Positions 44,513-53,676 of a DNA stretch of 64,000 nt are shown here, piece by piece. Each line of letters begins with the position of its first letter. The stretch's first letter is position 1. The stretch comes from Actinomycetota bacterium (lineage in GTDB: Bacteria > Actinomycetota > Actinomycetes > S36-B12): positions 153,123 to 217,122 of the forward strand of contig JAUSDJ010000031.1 in the NCBI GenBank assembly GCA_030650795.1. Reading direction: 5' to 3'. The translations under genes were made by a program, and so were the position numbers. Below the pieces are notes generated by a model, which was not told the origin of the DNA, did not search any database, and saw only the letters and a program-made list of their open reading frames with translations.

Positions 44513-45655
44513 ATGAAAGTCGTGCTCCACCCTGGCATGCCCAAAGCTGGCAGCACGACGATCCAAACCTACTTCCGAGCCCACGAGGACGAGCTCCGCT
44601 CCAGTGGCATTGGGTACATCCAGCCAGAGGGAGTCACTTCTGGGCTCCCAGCACAGGTCATCTCAAAGTTGGACGACCTCCTGGATGTCGATAATCCCAC
44701 TCATGTGGTCGTCTCCCACGAATCCCTTATCGAAATCGGCTCGGACACGCTTTACCCATTTCTCGACGAACTCCGTTCCCGCGACGTGACTATCGAGGTC
44801 GTCATCATCGTACGGCCGCTAGGCGAGTGGGCGGTGAGCAAAGAGAAACAGCGACTGAGGTCCCTGAAGGGGACCGCCTCTCCCAAGCGACCTGCCGTGG
44901 AGAAGTGGTTCAGCACCTGGATGGCGCCAGAGGCCGAGGATCGAATCGGGAGTCCCATCCGATTAGTGGACCTCCACGCGGCAGAAGGTCTGATTCCCGC
45001 ATTCATGAATTCGGCTGGCCTGCCACTGCCAGACAGCTGGCCTCAGGTCACATCGCTTGCCGTCAATCGGTCACCAGTTGAGCGGGATCTTGCCATCTAC
45101 CTCGTTCTCAATGACGCGATTCGCTGGGCTCAAGAGGAGTGGCCCGAGGACGAGCGAACATCGAACGGAAGGCATCTCCGAGAGATTCGTCAATTCATAG
45201 CGGAGATCCTGGCGTCCGGGGACCACCACCGCACGCCCCGCGAGCTCGGTCTCGATGAGGACCTGCGCAGCCGCCTTCTCGTGCACTTCTTCGATGACCT
45301 CGAAGCGACCCTTTCGGACCGACTGCAACAGCAGAAACCCGAAGCCGCCGAGCGAGTCCGCAAGCTCACCCAGGAGGCGCTTACTATCCTGCGCGCAGGA
45401 CCTAGGTCCGAACGCTATGTCAACGCTCGGGTGAAGAGTTTCCTGGCCGGTCTGGCCACACCCATAGCGGAATCCGAGGCCAGGTTCCGCACATGGACGG
45501 TGCAGAATCACGCGACTGAATTAGCCGCACTCATGCTCCCCGAACCGGTCAAGAAGAAGGGCGGAAAGCCAATGGCCCAAGTAGCCAAGGAAGGACCCGC
45601 GGCCGATTTGCGACATCGCCCAGCCTCGCAGAAGACTGGCTCCGCTAGCGCCTGA
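44513..45655 (+). CDS. sulfotransferase-fold-like P-loop protein
   Basis: MKVVLHPGMPKAGSTTIQ (PKxGST 5'-PSB-like loop), VVVSHESL, IIVRPLGEWAVSKEKQ (3'-PB-like RxxxxxxS). Paralog at 55342-56286. Confidence 0.4.
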   Translation: MKVVLHPGMPKAGSTTIQTYFRAHEDELRSSGIGYIQPEGVTSGLPAQVISKLDDLLDVDNPTHVVVSHESLIEIGSDTLYPFLDELRSRDVTIEVVIIVRPLGEWAVSKEKQRLRSLKGTASPKRPAVEKWFSTWMAPEAEDRIGSPIRLVDLHAAEGLIPAFMNSAGLPLPDSWPQVTSLAVNRSPVERDLAIYLVLNDAIRWAQEEWPEDERTSNGRHLREIRQFIAEILASGDHHRTPRELGLDEDLRSRLLVHFFDDLEATLSDRLQQQKPEAAERVRKLTQEALTILRAGPRSERYVNARVKSFLAGLATPIAESEARFRTWTVQNHATELAALMLPEPVKKKGGKPMAQVAKEGPAADLRHRPASQKTGSASA

Positions 45656-46361
45656 CTGTGATGTACTCGGACCGCACGTCGCCCGACGTCTTGCTGATCC
45701 GCTGAGCATCGACCGTCACATCTGTGAAGCCGTGCCGCCCGAGCAATTCACGGATCTCAAGCACGTTGGCGCCCGCAACCTCGATTAGGCAGGACTCGAC
45801 GCCCTTCAGAGTGGCTGAAGCTCCGCGCAGCACCTCGACCTCGTGACCCTCAACGTCGATCTTGAGGTACCGGGGGGCGGGCAGCCCGGACGCCACCATT
45901 TCATCAACCGTCGTGATAGGAACCTCGACGATCTGATCGTTGGCCTTCGTCCGCGCCTTCGTAGACGCGACCCTGGCCTTTCCGTAGTAGCTCTCGTGAC
46001 TGCCCACGAACAACTGTGCGATGCCAGGTTGCGAACCCACCGCTTTCGGCACGACGAGGACCTGATCTTCGAAACCGTTCTGGCGGATATTGGCGACCAA
46101 TGCCTTGCGCACATATGGATTCGGCTCGAAGGCGACAAGCCGGGATGGGTCGCCGCTCGCCTTCGCCGCGAGCAGCGTGAACTCGCCTACGTTGGCCCCG
46201 ATATCCCAGATCGGGCCTGCCTGCGCCGAACAGGCCAGGAACCAGTCGACGGTGAACGACTCCTTGGGTGATCGCAGATACGGTTCGCCGTCAGGGATCG
46301 TGGGTCGAATCATGTAGAACTTGTGATTTCCCACGCTGACGACAGCGAACTTCCTGCTCAT
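45645..46361 (-). CDS. FkbM family methyltransferase
   Basis: IWDIGANVGEFTLLAAK ... AFEPNPYVRKALVANIRQNGFEDQV ... LKIDVEGHEVEVLRGA. Start placed at MSRKF (46361), preceded by GGTGG. The ORF track extension to 46616 overlaps the upstream gene. Confidence 0.7.
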   Translation of the reverse strand: MSRKFAVVSVGNHKFYMIRPTIPDGEPYLRSPKESFTVDWFLACSAQAGPIWDIGANVGEFTLLAAKASGDPSRLVAFEPNPYVRKALVANIRQNGFEDQVLVVPKAVGSQPGIAQLFVGSHESYYGKARVASTKARTKANDQIVEVPITTVDEMVASGLPAPRYLKIDVEGHEVEVLRGASATLKGVESCLIEVAGANVLEIRELLGRHGFTDVTVDAQRISKTSGDVRSEYITVRR

Positions 46362-46456
46362 CGAACCACCCCACCCTGCACGTCCATAGGACGTCGCGAC
46401 GAACCGAACGCTATCCGACCGACCCCGGGTTAACGCGGCCGGAGCGCCACGGTCGG

Positions 46457-47428
46457 TCACGCAATCGACTGTATCGAGAACGGCAGCCCCGGATCTCGCT
46501 TCACGGTCTTGGTGTTTGCCGAGGCCAACGCCTCGGCCAACACCGAGAAGTGGCGGCTGAAAACGATGGCAGGGTTGCGGTAGTACGTCATCACAGGTGT
46601 TCGCGTATATAGGCATAGGTATGAGAACCCCCCATAGGTACCCTTAAAGGCTCGGGCACTTGCCAGCAACTGGATCTGGTCGGCGATGTTCGTACGCTCG
46701 CTCGCCGTGTCAGCAGTAGGCAGGTCGAGATTCGCGCAGATCTGGGAGAATGGTTCATCAACGCCGAGGTTCTTCGACGGTTTCGCGAACGGCCGCGAGT
46801 CTTCGAGTGTGTGCCGATTGACGATCGCCAGGACAGGTCCTGCGTCGCGAGCCTGTTTGCAGATCTCACTCACGCGTCGCATGTTTTCGGTGGTGGCTTT
46901 CATCTGCGCCCCGAACCAGAACTTCAGAATCACGTTATCCGTCCGCTCGACACGGACGACAGCCGCTCGCGGAAAGGTAAGTGCCCGGGATCCAAAGCGC
47001 CGGATCGCAACGTGCATGAGATCGGCGCTTACGACGTGACTGCCAGCCAGACCCGCTGATGAGATTAGTTGCCACTCCCAGTCACTTGTGCCCGTCTTGT
47101 GGTTCTTTGCCCGCAATCCGCCATCAATCAGACGCTGGGTATCTCGCGCGACATATTCTTCCGGGCTCACTACATCAAGGACGTCCACGTATTCGAACGG
47201 GATGCCGATAGCACGGTAGAGATCTGCAGTCCCGCCTCGGCTCATCACCACAACGCGATGGCCGTCGAGTGCTCCTGACGTGGCGAGTGTAGTTATTTGA
47301 GGTATCCAATAGAGGGTCTCGAATCCGACCTCGCCGAGAAAGGGGCCGAACACCACAGTCGCGGCCTTCGCTTGAGGAATTCCGAATAGAGCGGTCAACT
47401 GAGAGGCGACGGACGGGTACTTCATCAT
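46457..47428 (-). CDS. stand-alone GPxxGExGFE module protein (paralog of the C-modules of the giant proteins)
   Basis: VVFGPFLGEVGFETLYWIPQI, VVVMSRGGTADLY and FKGTYGGFSYLCLYTRTPV align with the C-terminal modules of 31994 and 36970. Confidence 0.55.
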   Translation of the reverse strand: MMKYPSVASQLTALFGIPQAKAATVVFGPFLGEVGFETLYWIPQITTLATSGALDGHRVVVMSRGGTADLYRAIGIPFEYVDVLDVVSPEEYVARDTQRLIDGGLRAKNHKTGTSDWEWQLISSAGLAGSHVVSADLMHVAIRRFGSRALTFPRAAVVRVERTDNVILKFWFGAQMKATTENMRRVSEICKQARDAGPVLAIVNRHTLEDSRPFAKPSKNLGVDEPFSQICANLDLPTADTASERTNIADQIQLLASARAFKGTYGGFSYLCLYTRTPVMTYYRNPAIVFSRHFSVLAEALASANTKTVKRDPGLPFSIQSIA

Positions 47429-47714
47429 GCCCCCTCTGGCTCGGCGTCAGCATTCGGGGAACCCGTCCATCTGCAGACTCACTGTCGCTTGGCAACGGAC
47501 TCTATCAAGCAAGGCGTGGCGAAAGGCGAACTATGGAGAGGCCCGACGACGCCTGACCGGGGACGAAGGACCAGCGGCACAGCCCCGCCGCCGTAGCGCG
47601 AATTCACTCCTTACCACTGACCGCGAAACCCGGAAGCAATCTTGTGCGGCTAGGGTGTGCTTGTCGCAATAAGCGAGCTTGCTCGGCACTTGCCGACAGC
47701 CCAAAGGAGGCATC

Positions 47715-48764
47715 GTGGGTTTCATTGAGGACCTGAAGACTGAGGGCGACGGCGCCTTTCATGTGATTGCTGAGATCGGACACAACCATCAGGGCAGTCT
47801 TGAAAAGTGCATGGCGCTCTTTGATGCCGCCAAGCGTGCTGGCGCGCATTCCGTGAAGTTGCAGAAGCGCGACAACAAATCCCTTTACACGCCTTCAGTT
47901 TTCAACGAGACATATAACAGCACCAATGCCTACGCCGATACCTATGGAGCACACCGCGAGGCACTGGAATTCGGCAAAGACGAGTATTACGCGCTCAAGA
48001 AGTACGCCGAATCACTCGACATCATGTTCTGGTCTACCGCCTTCGACATCCCTAGCGTGGACTTCCTCGTCGATGTTGGCATCCCCGCGATCAAGATTGC
48101 TTCTGGCGACATCCGCAGCCACCACCTGCAGGAGTACGCGGCATCCACCGGGCTGCCTGTCGTGTTCAGCACTGGCGGAGCGACGATGCTGCAGGTACAG
48201 GCAGCACACGATGTGGTCTCAGCCCACACAAGCGAGTTCGCGATTCTCCAATGCATCGCTTCATACCCGGCACCATTTGACCAGTTGAATCTGAATGTCA
48301 TTCCGTCCTACATGCAGCATTTTCCCGATGCGGTCATCGGCTATTCCGGGCATGAGAATGGCATCGCCATGTCCAATGTCGCCTACGTCTTGGGCGCGCG
48401 TGTCATCGAGAAGCACTTCACCCTCGATCGCACAATGAAGGGCACCGATCACGCGTTCAGCCTCGAGCCCGAGGGCATGCGCAAGCTCGTTCGCGATCTT
48501 GAGCGCACGCGCCTGGCGATGGGGTCAAGTGTCAAGGAGCCCCTTGACCTCGAACTGCCGGCCGTGACCAAGATGGCGAAGAAAGCCGTGGCCGCACGCG
48601 ATCTCAAGGCAGGCGAGATCCTGCATCTGTCTGACATCGAGTTCCGCTCCCCTGGCAATGGCATTGCGCCGGACGAGGCGCACCGGATGTACGGACGCGT
48701 CTTGGCGCGCGATGTCGTGTGCTACGAGGACCTCAACTTCGTCGATTTCATCTCTGCTGACTGA
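47715..48764 (+). CDS. NeuB-family ulosonic/nonulosonic acid synthase (PEP-condensing) with C-terminal SAF domain
   Basis: AAAGGAGG 5 nt before GTG 47715. VIAEIGHNHQGSLEKCMALFDAAKRAGAHSVKLQKR is the NeuB signature. C-terminal VAARDLKAGEIL is SAF/antifreeze-like. Substrate specificity is not assignable. Confidence 0.85.
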   Translation: MGFIEDLKTEGDGAFHVIAEIGHNHQGSLEKCMALFDAAKRAGAHSVKLQKRDNKSLYTPSVFNETYNSTNAYADTYGAHREALEFGKDEYYALKKYAESLDIMFWSTAFDIPSVDFLVDVGIPAIKIASGDIRSHHLQEYAASTGLPVVFSTGGATMLQVQAAHDVVSAHTSEFAILQCIASYPAPFDQLNLNVIPSYMQHFPDAVIGYSGHENGIAMSNVAYVLGARVIEKHFTLDRTMKGTDHAFSLEPEGMRKLVRDLERTRLAMGSSVKEPLDLELPAVTKMAKKAVAARDLKAGEILHLSDIEFRSPGNGIAPDEAHRMYGRVLARDVVCYEDLNFVDFISAD

Positions 48765-49556
48765 ATGGACAGACTTGATGGAAAATCGGCCGTCGTCATC
48801 GGAGCCGATGGAAAGTTAGGTCCGATCTGGATCGAGGCGTTGTTCGAGGCCGGCGCAACCGTAACGGCGCTCTGTGAGCCAGGTCGGGCACCGAGTGATC
48901 GACTGAAGTCACTGATCGATACCGCTAGCGGTCAGATTCGGCTTGGCTCCTGCGACGTCTCGGACCCTGATTCAGTCCAGTCAGCGCGCGACGCCGTTAT
49001 CGCCGACGTCGGAGCCATCGATGTCCTTGTCGTCAACGCCGGGATCGACACCCCACCCGGTGCCACCGCCACGTGGGCCTTGGGCGAGTTTCCAGTCGCG
49101 TTGATGCGCAGAATCCTCGAAGTGAACGTCATCGGGGCCTTCAATGTCATGCAGGTCTTCAGCACCTCCATGCTCCCTGGGGGCTCGGTGATTGCCGTTG
49201 GCTCCATGTATGGCTCCAGCGCCCCTATGGCCACTTTGTATGACCACATCGAGACCGAGCCTGCCTTTCTCAAGCCGCCTGCCTATGGCGCCTCCAAGTC
49301 CGCGCTCAGCAATCTCGTCAACTGGTTGGCGGTCCATTGGGCGCCAACCGGATTGCGCTTCAACACCCTCAGTCCAGGCGGAGTGGCCGGCGGTCAGGAT
49401 CCCGAGTTCATCCGCAAGTTTAGCGCAACGGTTCCCATGCATCGACTGTGCGAGCCCGAAGAGTTGAAGGGCCCTCTGCTCTTCCTCGCGTCTGATGCCT
49501 CGTCCTACATCACGGGCTCCGAACTCCTGGTGGATGGAGGTCGACACGCATGGTGA
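48765..49556 (+). CDS. short-chain dehydrogenase/reductase (SDR)
   Basis: VVIGADGKLGP cofactor loop, NAGI, YGASK (YxxxK). Confidence 0.8.
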   Translation: MDRLDGKSAVVIGADGKLGPIWIEALFEAGATVTALCEPGRAPSDRLKSLIDTASGQIRLGSCDVSDPDSVQSARDAVIADVGAIDVLVVNAGIDTPPGATATWALGEFPVALMRRILEVNVIGAFNVMQVFSTSMLPGGSVIAVGSMYGSSAPMATLYDHIETEPAFLKPPAYGASKSALSNLVNWLAVHWAPTGLRFNTLSPGGVAGGQDPEFIRKFSATVPMHRLCEPEELKGPLLFLASDASSYITGSELLVDGGRHAW

Positions 49557-51007
49557 CCACGACCCTGATCGGCTGCAACATCATCGACGGCGATGACACT
49601 GTCGCCGCGAACGCCCAACTTGTTGATCGCTTCGGCCCGGCAGATGGCACTCTCGCTGGACAGCGAGTCGAATCCGGTGCTGCAGAAATCGATCAGGCGC
49701 TGGCTGCCGCGCGCGCCGGTCAGGCTGCTTGGGCCGCCACCACACCGGTATTCCGTGGTGAGTTGCTGCGCGCTATCGCGCGCGAGCTCGACGCTCGGAT
49801 CGAGACGCTGGCGCACCTCGTGCATCTGGAGACTGGCAAGAGCTTGGCCATGGCGCGCGGCGAGGTGCGTGGTGCAATTGAGCTCGCCTATTTCACAGCA
49901 GCAGAGGGCCGGCGCTTCTACGGCCGCACCACCACCAGTGCGATACCTGGCAAACAAGTCTCAACGTGGCGAGCACCCATCGGCGTAGGAGCACTCATCG
50001 CCGCGAGCAATACGCCGGTTCCCAACTACGCCTGGAAGGTGTTTCCAGCGCTGCTGGCTGGAAATTCAGTAATCCTCAAGCCCAGCGAGCACACCCCCTT
50101 CTCCGCGGTGGAGTTCGTTCGGATCTGCCTTGACTGCGGAGTCCCGGCCTCGGCCCTGCAACTGATTCAGGGAAGCGGCCCGGGCACCGGCTCGACGTTG
50201 GTTGAGTCCAAAATCGAATTGGTCTCTTTCACTGGGAGTGCGGCTGTTGGGCGCGGCATTCTTGCCAGCGCAGGCGGCCGCCTCATTCGTGCAGCCGTCG
50301 AACTTGGCGGCAAGAACGCGATGATCGTGTGCGACGACGCTGACCTGTCCGCTGCAGCCGACGCTGCTGTGGCCTCGGCGTTCTCCAATGCTGGCCAAAG
50401 GTGCGCCGCCACCAGCCGCATCATCGTTATGGGCAGTGTGTACGAGGAGTTCACCAGACTGCTGCTCGAACGAACCTCGGCCCTGACCTTGCACGGACAA
50501 GACGACTCGGTTGGTCCGGTCATCGGCGAAATCGCCGTCGCGCGCATCACCGCTGCCGTCTCGGGCGCGGCCGAGCGGGGCGCAACGCTTCTCGCTGGTG
50601 GACCAGATTCAGTCCCCGGCTCACTTGCAGGTGGCTGCTTTGTCGCTCCCACCATCCTGGCCGATGTGCCGGCGGACGATCCGATCTCGGTCGAAGAGGT
50701 GTTCGGGCCGGTGGCCAATCTCTACCGAGTTGGCAGTTTTGCCGAGGCGATTGCCCTGGCTGCGCAAACTGAGTACGGACTCACAGGTGCGATCTGGACC
50801 GACTCTGTGGATCGCGCATTTCACTTCACTTCAACCGCACGGGTCGGCATGGCTGTAGTGAATGGGCCGACATTCGGCAGTGAGCCGCACATGCCTTTCG
50901 GCGGCTTCGGCTCGTCTGGCAATGGCACCCGCGAATGCGGCACAGAGGTCTTCGACTTCTATACCGAACTGCGCACAGTGGCAGTGCTCACTCGCGAGCC
51001 GAGATGA
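49550..51007 (+). CDS. NAD(P)-dependent aldehyde dehydrogenase
   Basis: VELGGKNAMIV, FSNAGQRCAATSR (catalytic Cys), EEVFGPV. Overlaps the SDR stop. Confidence 0.85.
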   Translation: MVTTTLIGCNIIDGDDTVAANAQLVDRFGPADGTLAGQRVESGAAEIDQALAAARAGQAAWAATTPVFRGELLRAIARELDARIETLAHLVHLETGKSLAMARGEVRGAIELAYFTAAEGRRFYGRTTTSAIPGKQVSTWRAPIGVGALIAASNTPVPNYAWKVFPALLAGNSVILKPSEHTPFSAVEFVRICLDCGVPASALQLIQGSGPGTGSTLVESKIELVSFTGSAAVGRGILASAGGRLIRAAVELGGKNAMIVCDDADLSAAADAAVASAFSNAGQRCAATSRIIVMGSVYEEFTRLLLERTSALTLHGQDDSVGPVIGEIAVARITAAVSGAAERGATLLAGGPDSVPGSLAGGCFVAPTILADVPADDPISVEEVFGPVANLYRVGSFAEAIALAAQTEYGLTGAIWTDSVDRAFHFTSTARVGMAVVNGPTFGSEPHMPFGGFGSSGNGTRECGTEVFDFYTELRTVAVLTREPR

Positions 51008-51765
51008 CGGCAGTCGCCCTCATTCCCGCTCGCTCTGGCAGCAAGCGCATCCCCGGAAAGAACACGCGACTGCTGGCTGGGCATCCGGTTATCGCGTACA
51101 CGATTGCCAGTGCGATCTCATCAGGAGTGTTCGACCGCGTGATTGTCAGCACCGATGATGCCCCGACCGCCGCTGTGGCGACGTACTACGGAGCCGAGGC
51201 GCCCTTCCTGCGCCCGGCTGAACTGTCCCAGTCTGACTCCGCAGACATCCTCTGGGTACTCCACGCACTCGACTGGCTGGACAACGAGGGTGAACTGCCA
51301 GATGTCTGCGCGCTCTTGCGGCCAACCAGCCCACTTCGGCAGCCTGCGTCCATTCGCCAGGCGATGGATCAATTCACCCAGTCCGATGGCTATGACTCGA
51401 TTCGTGCGGTCACTCGCTGCGAGCAGCACCCGGCGAAAATGTGGGTGCTCGATGAGGATCGCCTCGGCATGAGCCCACTTCTGCCGGTATTGGAGGATGC
51501 CGTTCCGGCGCACAGTCGGCCATACGACACCCTCCCCGAGGTCTATGTACAGGATGCGAGCCTTGAGATCTTCTGGACCCGTACCGCACGCGAGCTCGGT
51601 TCGATTGCCGGTACGCGAATCATGGCTTGGATCACCCCAAGCCCCGAGGGCATGGATCTCAACTTCCCGGCAGACTGGACTCTGCTCGCCGATCTCGTTG
51701 CCCGAGAACCTTCAGTCCTGCCGACAATCCTGCAACCGCCGTATCAAGATCAGGGGATGAACTAG
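51004..51765 (+). CDS. CMP-ulosonic acid synthetase (acylneuraminate cytidylyltransferase family, NeuA/KdsB-like)
   Basis: ALIPARSGSKRIPGKN signature. ATGA overlap with the ALDH stop. The ORF track start at 50935 is rejected. Confidence 0.8.
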   Translation: MTAVALIPARSGSKRIPGKNTRLLAGHPVIAYTIASAISSGVFDRVIVSTDDAPTAAVATYYGAEAPFLRPAELSQSDSADILWVLHALDWLDNEGELPDVCALLRPTSPLRQPASIRQAMDQFTQSDGYDSIRAVTRCEQHPAKMWVLDEDRLGMSPLLPVLEDAVPAHSRPYDTLPEVYVQDASLEIFWTRTARELGSIAGTRIMAWITPSPEGMDLNFPADWTLLADLVAREPSVLPTILQPPYQDQGMN

Positions 51766-53657
51766 TGCCGACCGCCGATGTTTGCTTTGTGCCACAGACC
51801 TTTCTGTCTCAAGTCCTCGCGGCACCTGCCCCACTTACACAACGCGTCACTGCGTTCGCAGAGCTCTCGCGCATCAACACTCTGGGCATGATCATGATGG
51901 CCGGGTCAGGGCACATCGGCTCAAGCTTCAGCTCTGTCGACATCATGTCGTGGGTGCTTGCTGGCGAGCTCGCGCATCACACTGAACAACCAAATCCTGG
52001 GCGCTTCTTCTCGTCGAAAGGACACGATGCGCCAGCCATGTATGCGGTGAACATCGGCCTGGGTCGAATCGATGAAAGCCTCCGCACCAAGTTGCGGCGC
52101 CTCGATGGTCTGCCCGGCCACCCCGACACCTCCATTCCTTCCATGATCACGAACACCGGCTCGCTGGGCATGGGCATCTCCAAGGCCAAGGGCTTCGTCT
52201 TCGCCGACCGCCTCAAGGGCGCAGAACTGCCTACATATGTACTCCTGGGCGATGGTGAGCTGCAAGAAGGGCAGATCTACGAATCCCTCGCAGGCGCAGT
52301 CAATGCCGGCTACTCATCGATCACCGCGATCATCGACTGGAATCGGATTCAGTCGGACACCTGGGTCAGCAAGGTCTCCGACCTTGGCGACATCGAAGCG
52401 AAGTTCGCGTCCTTCGGCTGGAACGTTCGCGCCTGCGATGGCAACGACGTCGAAGCAATCGCCAGTGCCCTCGCTGAACTGCGCGATGCACAAGGACCAG
52501 GCGTGCTCATTGCTCACACAGTGAAGGGCAAGGGTGTCTCATTCATGGAGGATTTCGCTCCGGACGGGGATCTCTACGCCTTCCACTCCGGCGCACCCGC
52601 CATTCCGGTGTACCTGGAGGCATTGGCCGAACTGCAAGCTCGCGCAGGAGTCCTCGTTGGCGAACTGGGCCTGGGTGAAGTGTCCTACGAGACTGTTCTG
52701 CTTGATCGCCCGGTCGCTCCAAAGCCGACCACGCTCGTGGAATCCTGGTCCAACGCCCTCGGTGCCATGGCCGCACGCCGCGCTGATGTCGTGGTGCTGG
52801 ATGGCGACCTGCGCAAGGATCTCGGGCTGGTGCAATTCGCGGCCGAATACCCGGAGCGATTCATCGAGTGCGGCATCGCCGAACAGGACATGGTCTCGCA
52901 GGCCGGCGCGCTGGCGCTGAGCGGGCTTCTTCCGATCTCCTGCTCGTTTGCCTGCTTCCTCACCACCCGACCGCACGAGCAGATCCTGAACAACGCCTCT
53001 GAAGGCACGCACCTGCTCTATGTCGGCGCACTGGCCGGCATCATTCCGGCCGGACCAGGCCACAGCCACCAAGCCGTGACCGACGTTGCCGTGATGAATG
53101 CACTCAACGGCATGCTGATCGCCGAGCCATTCCATCCCTCCCAGATGTCCTCGATCGTCGCGACATTGACTGATGTGCATGACGGACCTGCTTACCTGCG
53201 CATCTGCAGCGTGCCACTGCCATTCGAGGAGATCCCAGAGCCAGACCTTCTCGACATCGGCAAGGGTCAGGTGCTGCGCGAAGGAAGCGATGTGGTCCTG
53301 TTTGCTTCGTCAGCGCCGCTCGTGCTGCAGGCCCTTCGGGCAAGCGATGCGCTCAAGGAGCTTGGGATCTCGGCAACGGTGGCCGCAACTCCTTGGCTGA
53401 ATCGCATGGACCCCGACTGGATGGCCTCTCTAGTGTCGCCTGGCAAGCCACTTGTGGTCATCGAGAACCATGTGCGTTCCGGCGGCTTCGGCTCCACTGT
53501 TGCGGGCGCGCTCGTGCAAGCAGGCATTGCAGTGCCATGGCTTCATGTGTGCGTCGAAGGCAAGCAGGCTTGCGGCACTAACGACGAAGCCTTGGCCTTC
53601 CATCGGCTCGATGCTGCGTCAATCACCAGCCGTGTGCAGGCCTTCGTCAACGCGTAG
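51765..53657 (+). CDS. transketolase-family ThDP enzyme (N- and C-terminal subunits fused)
   Basis: GSGHIGSSFSSVDIMSW and GDGELQEGQIYE (ThDP motif) in the N-half; ECGIAEQDMVS in the pyrimidine-binding half. GTG 51765 overlaps the upstream TAG by 1 nt. Confidence 0.8.
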   Translation: MPTADVCFVPQTFLSQVLAAPAPLTQRVTAFAELSRINTLGMIMMAGSGHIGSSFSSVDIMSWVLAGELAHHTEQPNPGRFFSSKGHDAPAMYAVNIGLGRIDESLRTKLRRLDGLPGHPDTSIPSMITNTGSLGMGISKAKGFVFADRLKGAELPTYVLLGDGELQEGQIYESLAGAVNAGYSSITAIIDWNRIQSDTWVSKVSDLGDIEAKFASFGWNVRACDGNDVEAIASALAELRDAQGPGVLIAHTVKGKGVSFMEDFAPDGDLYAFHSGAPAIPVYLEALAELQARAGVLVGELGLGEVSYETVLLDRPVAPKPTTLVESWSNALGAMAARRADVVVLDGDLRKDLGLVQFAAEYPERFIECGIAEQDMVSQAGALALSGLLPISCSFACFLTTRPHEQILNNASEGTHLLYVGALAGIIPAGPGHSHQAVTDVAVMNALNGMLIAEPFHPSQMSSIVATLTDVHDGPAYLRICSVPLPFEEIPEPDLLDIGKGQVLREGSDVVLFASSAPLVLQALRASDALKELGISATVAATPWLNRMDPDWMASLVSPGKPLVVIENHVRSGGFGSTVAGALVQAGIAVPWLHVCVEGKQACGTNDEALAFHRLDAASITSRVQAFVNA

Positions 53658-53676
53658 GTCAGATACCGTCAAGCAC

